Below are positions 1 to 4,863 of a stretch of DNA of 6,331 nt, piece after piece. The translations under genes were made by a program, and so were the position numbers. The DNA is from a virus, in the IMG/VR virus record IMGVR_UViG_3300008807_000711, positions 1-6,331 of that record; one strand, written 5' to 3'. How positions within the stretch are numbered: position 1 is the stretch's first letter; each line of letters begins with the position of its first letter. Below the pieces are notes generated by a model that was given only the letters and a program-made list of their open reading frames with translations, searched no databases and was not told where the DNA came from.

Positions 1-99
1 AGAGCGCGGACTCGTGCCCAGCTGGTGCTACTGCTGGCACTGCCAGTGACGGCTCCAGTACTTGTACCTGTTCTGCTGGCCTTCGCCCGTATAACGGGC
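1..99. repeat. Terminal direct repeat, left copy (identical to 6233-6331); circularisation overlap
   Basis: Base-by-base comparison: agagcgcggactcgtgcccagctggtgc...cgtataacgggc is present at both window ends in the same orientation. Confidence 0.97.
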
Positions 100-1169
100 A
101 ATGCGTGTCTACTCCAGCATGTCCTGCTGGGCAACACGACGAGGGCGGTGCTTGCGTCCCCGATAACTGCAAGCCCAACGAGACACGCGTTAACGGCATT
201 TGTGTCCCTGAGCCTCCGTGCCCAGCTGGTGAGACTCGCGTTAATGGCGTCTGCAAAAAGGCTAACTGTAAGGCGGGCAGCACTGGCAGTTACTACGACA
301 TGACCAGTCCGACGTCTGTTGCTACCTGTGCGAATAGTGATGGCAACTACTGCACCATGGTCGTTCAGTGGACTATGACCGTTCCCGACACGCCTCCTCG
401 TTATTACGGCATAGGCTACTTAACTGGTGCTAGCTGTGCGCCTCGCCCTGATGGCCCCTTGAGCCCTTCTGATCCTGAGAAGGATCCCGACCCTAACAAG
501 CCTGAGCCAACAAAACCAGACCCTAACAAGCCTGGCAGTAAGCCCGGTGATGCTCCGGGTTCTCCTCAGCCTGGCACCCCTCCTGGCTCAGATGGCAAGT
601 GCCCTCCTGGTACATACAAGTCGAATGGCGCTTGTTATCCCAACGACCCCCCAAAGCAGCCTCCTGATAACGACGGCAAGTGCCCGTCTGGTTATGTCAA
701 GGTGGGTAGTGAGTGCATTCCTTTGAAGCCGCGTCCTGATGATTCGGATGGCAATGGTGTGGACGACAAAGACGAGGATAAAGATCGCAGTTCATTTGGT
801 GGTCAGTGCGATGCCGTGGCATGTGAGGGTGACGCCATCCAGTGCGCCATTGCTCGCGATCAATACCGCCGTTCTTGCCAGCTCATGGACAAGGAAAGCG
901 CGGAATCGCAGCTCTACGCGGCGAACAAGGGCAAAGAAGGCAATCAGACCGGCAGCCTTCCCGGCAATGAAACCATCAGCCTGCAAGGTCGCATCGATAC
1001 ATCGGATGCGCTCGGCGGCGGTTCCTGCTTCGGTGATCTGAACATTACCGTCTGGAATCAGGCAGTAACGCTGCCGCTCTCCAGCCTCTGTCAATACCTC
1101 GCCATGCTCGGCAATATCCTGGTTGCCGTCTCCATGCTCATGGCTGCTCGCATCGTCACAAGGGGGTAA
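3..1169 (+). CDS. C-terminal part of the pIII-like adsorption/minor coat protein: Cys-rich modules, Pro-rich linker, conserved C-terminal domain with membrane anchor
   Basis: The frame is open from position 3, so the track start at 105 (GTG) is an artefact of linearisation. Layout: Cys-rich CPAG modules; PDPNKP-type Pro-rich linker; two DGKCP.G..K.G..C.P repeats; an acidic stretch; then FGGQCDAVACEGDAIQCAIARDQYRRSCQ and a C-terminal hydrophobic anchor LAMLGNILVAVSMLMAARIVTRG. It sits immediately upstream of the pVI-like and Zot genes. Stop TAA 1167-1169. Confidence 0.85.
   Translation, partial: SADSCPAGATAGTASDGSSTCTCSAGLRPYNGQCVSTPACPAGQHDEGGACVPDNCKPNETRVNGICVPEPPCPAGETRVNGVCKKANCKAGSTGSYYDMTSPTSVATCANSDGNYCTMVVQWTMTVPDTPPRYYGIGYLTGASCAPRPDGPLSPSDPEKDPDPNKPEPTKPDPNKPGSKPGDAPGSPQPGTPPGSDGKCPPGTYKSNGACYPNDPPKQPPDNDGKCPSGYVKVGSECIPLKPRPDDSDGNGVDDKDEDKDRSSFGGQCDAVACEGDAIQCAIARDQYRRSCQLMDKESAESQLYAANKGKEGNQTGSLPGNETISLQGRIDTSDALGGGSCFGDLNITVWNQAVTLPLSSLCQYLAMLGNILVAVSMLMAARIVTRG
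180..281 (+). repeat. Two tandem 51-nt (17-aa) units inside the adsorption protein (ETRVNGICVPEPPCPAG / ETRVNGVCKKANCKAGS)
   Basis: gagacacgcgttaacggcatttgtg at 180 versus gagactcgcgttaatggcgtctgca at 231. In frame, period 51 nt. Confidence 0.7.
489..534 (+). repeat. Exact 16-nt direct repeat gaccctaacaagcctg at 489-504 and 519-534 (period 30 nt; PDPNKP x2) in the Pro-rich linker
   Basis: Both copies read directly from the sequence. Confidence 0.9.
591..752 (+). repeat. Two tandem 81-nt (27-aa) Cys-pair units (DGKCPPGTYKSNGACYPNDPPKQPPDN / DGKCPSGYVKVGSECIPLKPRPDDS)
   Basis: gatggcaagtgccctcctggt at 591 versus gacggcaagtgcccgtctggt at 672. In frame, with conserved Cys spacing. Confidence 0.7.
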
Positions 1170-1172
1170 CCC

Positions 1173-1472
1173 ATGCCAATGTTCGTTGCTGCCATCGGCG
1201 GCATGTTGATTAACCTCGTCGGCACCCTGGCTGGTCGAATCCTTATTGCCCTGGGTATCGGTGTCATCACTTACACCGGCGTTTCTACATCGTTGGATTG
1301 GATGAAGTCCGGCGCAGTGTCCGCGCTCGGTGGCCTGCCTGCTGACATGCTCGGCCTGATTGCCTTCATGAAAGTTGGCGTCTGCATCAGCATCATCACT
1401 AGCGCCATTGCCGCTCGCGCCATCATCAATGGCATCAGCGGCGATAGTTTTAAAAAGTGGGTTCTCAAATGA
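1173..1472 (+). CDS. pVI-like minor coat / assembly membrane protein (DUF2523-type small hydrophobic protein)
   Basis: 99 aa, Gly/Ile/Ala-rich with several hydrophobic segments (MFVAAIGGMLINLVGTLAGRILIALGIGVITY..., LGLIAFMKVGVCISIITSAIAA). AGGGGG Shine-Dalgarno at 1161-1166. Canonical position between the adsorption protein and Zot. Confidence 0.8.
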   Translation: MPMFVAAIGGMLINLVGTLAGRILIALGIGVITYTGVSTSLDWMKSGAVSALGGLPADMLGLIAFMKVGVCISIITSAIAARAIINGISGDSFKKWVLK

Positions 1473-1600
1473 GCGTTAACACGGTTTCCCCTCAATTGGC
1501 CCGATGGTGCATGCCTCAGTGGCGTCAGTATTGCGGCGGTGTACATCTGCTGCTGGCGGCATCTAACGCGATCATCATTCAGCGCTGGGGCAAACAATGA
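1469..1600 (+). CDS. Candidate 43-aa micro-ORF bridging the pVI-like gene and zot (MSVNTVSPQLARWCMPQWRQYCGGVHLLLAASNAIIIQRWGKQ)
   Basis: Its ATG (1469-1471) overlaps the upstream TGA (1470-1472) as ATGA. Its TGA (1598-1600) overlaps the zot ATG (1597-1599) as ATGA. It exactly fills the otherwise non-coding 124-nt gap. Below the track length cutoff. No recognisable motif. Confidence 0.35.
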   Translation: MSVNTVSPQLARWCMPQWRQYCGGVHLLLAASNAIIIQRWGKQ

Positions 1601-2778
1601 TTTACCTTACTACCGGCGCGAACGGCGCAGGCAAAACGCTGCTTACCCTAAAAGACGTTCGCGCGCAGCAGCTCAAGGAAAATCGTCCGGTCTACTATCA
1701 CGGCTTCGAAATGGACGAGGTCAAAGCGGCCGAATTCGGCTGGCAGAAGTTCGACCCCAAGGATTGGCAAAGCTTGCCCGATGGGTCCATCTGCATCATG
1801 GACGAGTGCCAGAACGAATTCCCATTGCGGCGCTCTGGCTCCGATGTCCCGGATTACATCCAGGCTATTGCGCAGTTCAGGCGCAAGCGCGGTTTCGACT
1901 TCTGGATGATCTGCCCGCACCCATCGTTGATCGATGTGTTCGTCCGTCGCCTGATCGATAAGCCATCATGGCACCGCCACCTGAAACGCGCCTTCGGTGC
2001 CGATGTGGTCAGCGTGCTGCGCTTTTCCGCGCCTGACATGAAGTGCGAAGAACCCGGCGCAGGCGCTCGCGGTGAGGTGTCGATGGTGGCCTATCCCAAG
2101 GAGGTGTATAGCTGGTACCGCTCCGCCAGCCTTCACACCGGGAAAAAGAAAATCCCGCGCGCCGTGTTCGTCTTGGCTGCCTGCGCCATCGCTGTGCCTT
2201 CTGCGATGTACTTTGCAATCACCGGTGTTTACAGCAATGCCACAAAGCAGGCCAAAGCCGCTGAGCCTGCGCCAGTTGCAAGCGCCCCAGGTGCCCCAGG
2301 TCAAAACGCTCGCCAGGTTAGCCAGGTCATGACCGCTGCTGAGTACGTGGACGCTCGCACCGCTCGCCTGAAAGACTTCCCGCACACTGCCCCGGCCTAC
2401 GACGACGTCACCAAGCCCACCGAAGCGCCATACCCTGCCGCATGCGTCCAGATGGGCAAGACCTGCAAGTGCTACACCCAGCAAGCAACGCTACTGCAGG
2501 TGTCCGGCGCTGTCTGCGTCCAGATCGTGCATCAGGGCTTCTTCATGGACTGGAAAACGGCCCAGCGCGGCGAATTCAGCCCAAGGGATAGGGGCGACTA
2601 CCGGCACCAGCGCGAAGCGCTGCCACAGGCCCAGCAAGTGGCCCAGCAAGTGGCCCAGGTGGACCCGGTTCGCACCGTCCCGGCTCCGATGCCTGCCGCT
2701 CGTCCTGAGCCGCCGCATAGCCAATACCTTCAGGGCCTTGCTGCTCGCAATGCCCAGGTGCGATCAAGTTTGCAGTGA
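1597..2778 (+). CDS. zot: Zot-family / pI-like phage assembly ATPase
   Basis: N-terminal Walker A, MIYLTTGANGAGKTL. Walker B-like hydrophobic strand plus acidic pair, SICIMDECQ (1789-1812). Single TM helix AVFVLAACAIAVPSAMYFAITGV (about 2161-2229) after a KKK stretch. Pro/Ala/Gln-rich periplasmic C-terminal domain. 393 aa, a typical pI/Zot architecture. Confidence 0.93.
   Translation: MIYLTTGANGAGKTLLTLKDVRAQQLKENRPVYYHGFEMDEVKAAEFGWQKFDPKDWQSLPDGSICIMDECQNEFPLRRSGSDVPDYIQAIAQFRRKRGFDFWMICPHPSLIDVFVRRLIDKPSWHRHLKRAFGADVVSVLRFSAPDMKCEEPGAGARGEVSMVAYPKEVYSWYRSASLHTGKKKIPRAVFVLAACAIAVPSAMYFAITGVYSNATKQAKAAEPAPVASAPGAPGQNARQVSQVMTAAEYVDARTARLKDFPHTAPAYDDVTKPTEAPYPAACVQMGKTCKCYTQQATLLQVSGAVCVQIVHQGFFMDWKTAQRGEFSPRDRGDYRHQREALPQAQQVAQQVAQVDPVRTVPAPMPAARPEPPHSQYLQGLAARNAQVRSSLQ
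2629..2661 (+). repeat. 12-nt tandem repeat gcccagcaagtg x2 plus a partial third copy (gcccaggtg), encoding AQQVAQQVAQV in the Zot C-terminal domain
   Basis: Read directly from the sequence. The in-frame period is a multiple of 3. Confidence 0.9.
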
Positions 2779-2779
2779 G

Positions 2780-2992
2780 TCAGCCGCGCCGCGATTGTTC
2801 GCGCGCGTCGGCTTCTTCTTCAAGCATCAGCACCCACCGGTAACCCTCTGGCGCTTCGGGTCGGCTGAATGGTGATGGCCCGCCGTTCTTTTCTTCCTTG
2901 TCGGCAAAGAACAGCAGATAGGCCGCTTGAATCAGGCCCATGCCGGACAGCGCCAGCAGCGCGTAATAGGTGAAGTAAGGCAGTTGCTTCAT
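2780..2992 (-). CDS. Small membrane protein, unknown function (70 aa, N-terminal TM helix, acidic C-terminus)
   Basis: MKQLPYFTYYALLALSGMGLIQAAYLLFFADKEEKNGG.... Codon usage is strongly G/C-ending (many CTG, GCG, GGC), consistent with real coding. It lies downstream of the repressor on the same strand. No clear Shine-Dalgarno. Confidence 0.55.
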   Translation of the reverse strand: MKQLPYFTYYALLALSGMGLIQAAYLLFFADKEEKNGGPSPFSRPEAPEGYRWVLMLEEEADAREQSRRG

Positions 2993-3016
2993 GCGCCGGA
3001 AGGTAGCACATGCACT

Positions 3017-3535
3017 TCACTGAAAGACAACGGGGACCCGGACCGGAGACCTTGTGTCGTAGGTTTGGGGCGGGGGTATGGGGCCGCAGGGCACCATGGA
3101 GGACCGTTGTGCAACCCGTACCCCATGAAAAAGGCCCCTTAAATCGGGGCCTTCTTCATAATATTTATACATCGTATCTAGCCACCGCACTATGTCTGGC
3201 ACTCGCTCACAGGTGGCTGAATAGATCTCCTGCGCGCTTACTCCAGCGGAAGCGATCACCCCGCCAGTCGCTACCAAGAACTTTCCCAGCACTCGCGCTA
3301 GCTGGTCTCCCTTCTCTGTCCCTTCGTGGCGCTCGATATGCGCTCTAACCAGCGTTTGTATCGGGTCAAGGCCAGCAATGGCCGCAAGTCTCGCTTGATC
3401 TTCAGGCGGGCAAGGCTTTGCGCCGCTTTTCCACATCGAAACCATAGATGGCGGAATGCCTAGCGCTTTGCCAAGCGCTGACACAGTTCCGGTCTTTTGT
3501 AAAGCCCGGTCGATTAGCTCGGGTATTTGGCTCAT
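3017..3535 (-). CDS. HTH transcriptional regulator, Cro/CI-type phage repressor
   Basis: Starting at ATG 3535: MSQIPELIDRALQKTGTVSALGKALGIPPSMVSMWKSGAKPCPPEDQARLAAIAGLDP. This is the classic helix-turn-helix pattern G(T/S)xxxLAxxLGxxxxxVSxWxxG with a following P and a second helix. It is divergent from the Rep operon across an operator-like array. AAGGT lies 8 nt upstream of the ATG. I preferred 3535 over the track start at 3556 because 3556 sits inside the first operator copy. The last 35 or so codons lie beyond an internal hairpin and may be a fortuitous extension. Confidence 0.8.
   Translation of the reverse strand: MSQIPELIDRALQKTGTVSALGKALGIPPSMVSMWKSGAKPCPPEDQARLAAIAGLDPIQTLVRAHIERHEGTEKGDQLARVLGKFLVATGGVIASAGVSAQEIYSATCERVPDIVRWLDTMYKYYEEGPDLRGLFHGVRVAQRSSMVPCGPIPPPQTYDTRSPVRVPVVFQ
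3067..3091 (+). other. Canonical G-quadruplex motif on the plus strand (GGGG c GGGGG tat GGGG ccgca GGG)
   Basis: Four G-tracts of at least 3 nt with loops of 1, 3 and 5 nt, read directly. It is on the strand sharing the sense of the structural genes, which is the packaged ssDNA strand in known inoviruses. Function unknown. Confidence 0.4.
3125..3159. terminator. Strong GC-rich hairpin, candidate bidirectional intrinsic terminator or ssDNA structural signal
   Basis: atgaaAaaggcccc-ttaaatc-ggggccttCttcat: an 8-bp perfect stem (3131-3138 / 3146-3153), a 7-nt loop, and 5 more bp after one mismatch. On the minus strand the stem is followed by TTTTTCAT, on the plus strand by CTTCTTCATAATATTTAT. 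It lies inside the 3-prime part of the repressor ORF. Confidence 0.5.
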
Positions 3536-3540
3536 GTTGC

Positions 3541-3601
3541 TACCTTTTTGGTACAAACGCTACCAAGTTGGTAATACCTATTTGGTATGACCTTTTTGGT
3601 A
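3541..3601. promoter_or_regulatory. Array of four 13-bp palindromic TACC-N5-GGTA sites (operators or origin iterons) in the divergent repressor/Rep control region
   Basis: TACCTTTTTGGTA 3541-3553, TACCAAGTTGGTA 3561-3573 (perfect palindrome), TACCTATTTGGTA 3575-3587, GACCTTTTTGGTA 3589-3601. Spacings are 20, 14 and 14 nt. All four share TTGGTA. The array lies between the divergent start codons at 3535 (minus) and 3587/3623 (plus). A possible sigma70-like pair is TTGGTA 3548-3553 and TAATAC 3572-3577 (18-nt spacer), which is speculative. Confidence 0.6.
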
Positions 3602-3895
3602 ACGACCGAACTTTACACCGCTATGGCTTCGCCTGTCACCACCTACACCATCGACTGCCCTCCGGGCATGCTCCACGCCCGTAAGACGCGCAAGCGCTTC
3701 ACCAGCGTGTCTGCCTTTGATGGCTATATCGGTGAACTGCGCCGCGTCGGTCGTGTGGTCGATTTCGTTTCGCCTACACATGCCATCCTGGCTCCGCTCG
3801 ACCTCCCTTGTCAGTCGGGGGTGCTGTTCATGTTCGCTCAGGCAGCGCCCACGGTGGGCGGCAAGCGAAGCGCCGCCGCCGGGGGTGTTGCATGA
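3587..3895 (+). CDS. Hypothetical protein, first gene of the plus-strand operon, translationally coupled to Rep (102 aa; alternative start ATG 3623)
   Basis: G/C-ending codon bias typical of the coding genes here (ACC, GAC, TGC, GGC, CTC, CGC...). Its stop TGA 3893-3895 overlaps the Rep ATG 3892-3894 (ATGA). The ATG at 3587 lies inside operator copies 3/4 and has no Shine-Dalgarno. No recognisable motif. Confidence 0.5.
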   Translation: MTFLVTTELYTAMASPVTTYTIDCPPGMLHARKTRKRFTSVSAFDGYIGELRRVGRVVDFVSPTHAILAPLDLPCQSGVLFMFAQAAPTVGGKRSAAAGGVA

Positions 3896-4863
3896 GCGAT
3901 TTCATGGCCCCCCGTCCTGTAACACGGGGGGAAAGTCCGAAGGACCAGCAGGTCGCAAAAATCGACTGGCTGAACTGCACATTTGCAGAACCTGCAATGT
4001 CTGTCGAAGGCTTTGTGGCCTTGCTGGGGCGCATGCTGGGCCGTCCAGTCTCTGGCATCGCTGATCGCGGCATGCTCGGTTTTGATAGCTCCGTGAAGCT
4101 CTTTGCGCGCCATGGCTCCCTGACCAGTCCCATCGGCTGCATTGCCTTTGGCGGTGAATCACAGCGCGGTCGCTGGCTGTTCCAGTTGACCGGCGGCGGC
4201 TGTCAATTCGTGCGCGATTGGGCTGGCCTTCGTGACCTCCTCGAAAGCCTCGATGCAAAGCTAACCCGCGTCGATTTGGCTGTTGATTTTCTCGAAGGGG
4301 AACACACTGTCGAGGAGGCCGTTACCTTGTATCAAGCGGGCGGCTTTCAGCTTGCTGGGCGTTCACCTTCAAGCCGCATTGACGGTGATTGGATTGACGG
4401 CCAGCAGGGCCGTACGCTGTACATCGGCAAAGCCCAAAACGGCAAGATGCTTCGCGTCTACGAAAAGGGCCGCCAGCTTGGCGACCCCGATAGCGAATGG
4501 ACCCGCTTTGAAGTCCAGATAGGCAGCAGGGACCGCGTTATCCCTTTCGACGTTCTCACGGACCGAGACGCCTTTTTCGCTGGCTGCTATCCCGCCTTGG
4601 CTTCCTTCATTGATGTAGCTGCACAGGCTATCCCAACGCTTACCAAGGGCGGCGAAGTCACGCTGGCTCATCTCGTCTATCACGCGAAGCGCTGTTACGG
4701 CAAGTTGTTTGGGACTTTGCTGGAACAGACCAACGCAACCAACGCCGATCTGGTCGAGGAAGTCCGCATTGTCGGTATCCCGCGCCGGGTCAATCTTTCC
4801 AGTCTGGCGGCTGGCGTCACTTGGGCCGACGTTCAGGCCCAGCACCAAAGGGTATCGCTATGA
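3892..4863 (+). CDS. Rolling-circle replication initiation protein, Rep_trans / RstA-like (gene II analogue)
   Basis: Motifs LTRVDLAVDF, TLYIGKAQNGKMLRVYEKGRQLG and WTRFEVQIGSRD match my recollection of the Rep_trans family pattern (RxDxAxD ... Y.G......R.Y.K ... R.E.Q). I chose the start at 3892 (MSDFMAPRP...) because of ATGA coupling to the upstream ORF. The 28 codons upstream from the track start at 3808 (GTG, Arg-rich) overlap that ORF. Confidence 0.9.
   Translation: MSDFMAPRPVTRGESPKDQQVAKIDWLNCTFAEPAMSVEGFVALLGRMLGRPVSGIADRGMLGFDSSVKLFARHGSLTSPIGCIAFGGESQRGRWLFQLTGGGCQFVRDWAGLRDLLESLDAKLTRVDLAVDFLEGEHTVEEAVTLYQAGGFQLAGRSPSSRIDGDWIDGQQGRTLYIGKAQNGKMLRVYEKGRQLGDPDSEWTRFEVQIGSRDRVIPFDVLTDRDAFFAGCYPALASFIDVAAQAIPTLTKGGEVTLAHLVYHAKRCYGKLFGTLLEQTNATNADLVEEVRIVGIPRRVNLSSLAAGVTWADVQAQHQRVSL

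Noticed and set aside
1-99. Terminal repeats as LTR/ITR-type ends of a transposon or as phage cos/DTR ends
   Set aside because: The repeats are direct, exact, lie inside a coding frame and restore a single ORF when merged. This behaviour fits a circular molecule opened at an arbitrary point rather than biological termini.
25-303. 92-aa plus-strand ORF overlapping the adsorption protein in another frame (also 739..1041 plus and 792..1094 minus)
   Set aside because: These are alternative-frame or antisense shadows of a well-supported gene in GC-rich DNA. They give Arg/Ala/Leu-rich junk-like translations, have no RBS, and do not fit the operon logic.
1271-2484. Track ORFs 1271..1597(-), 1539..1961(+), 1648..1920(-), 1854..2039(-), 1966..2484(-), 2009..2218(-), 2072..2332(+), plus 2491..2724(-) and 2576..2767(-) just downstream
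   Set aside because: All lie inside or antisense to the pVI-like and Zot genes, which have clear motifs. Their Arg/Pro/Gly-rich composition is typical of out-of-frame reading of high-GC coding DNA.
1597-2778. Interpreting the Zot-family gene as an enterotoxin or virulence factor
   Set aside because: The Zot name is historical. The features seen here (Walker A/B, single TM helix, position in the morphogenesis module) support the pI assembly ATPase role only. Nothing in the sequence supports toxin activity.
3139-3185. Possible XerCD dif-like attP site (ttaaat in the hairpin loop; minus-strand TTATGAAGAAG and ATGTATAA near the AT-rich patch)
   Set aside because: Aligned by eye to the E. coli dif layout (11-nt XerC arm, 6-nt spacer, 11-nt XerD arm), I get only about 7 of 11 matches in the XerD arm and about 5 of 11 in the XerC arm, and the conserved GCGCATAA is absent. 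This is too weak to call. It could be revisited once the host dif sequence is known.
3010-3348. 112-aa plus-strand ORF (also 2927..3142 plus, 2820..3020 minus, 3448..3684 plus, 3578..3781 minus)
   Set aside because: These are antisense to, or out of frame with, the HTH repressor, the small membrane protein or the 3587..3895 ORF. They have no motifs and junk-like composition.
3808-3891. Longer Rep start at 3808 (GTG; MSVGGAVHVRSGSAHGGRQAKRRRRGCC...)
   Set aside because: The extension is a non-ATG start that overlaps the coding-like upstream ORF in another frame and encodes an Arg-rich low-complexity peptide. ATG 3892 forms an ATGA overlap with that ORF's stop. The longer start cannot be fully excluded.
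3717-4258. ORFs 3717..4064(+), 3828..4142(-), 3838..4113(-), 3902..4258(-), 4283..4522(+), 4369..4848(-), 4709..5074(+)
   Set aside because: These are shadow frames of the Rep gene, which carries clear Rep_trans-type motifs.
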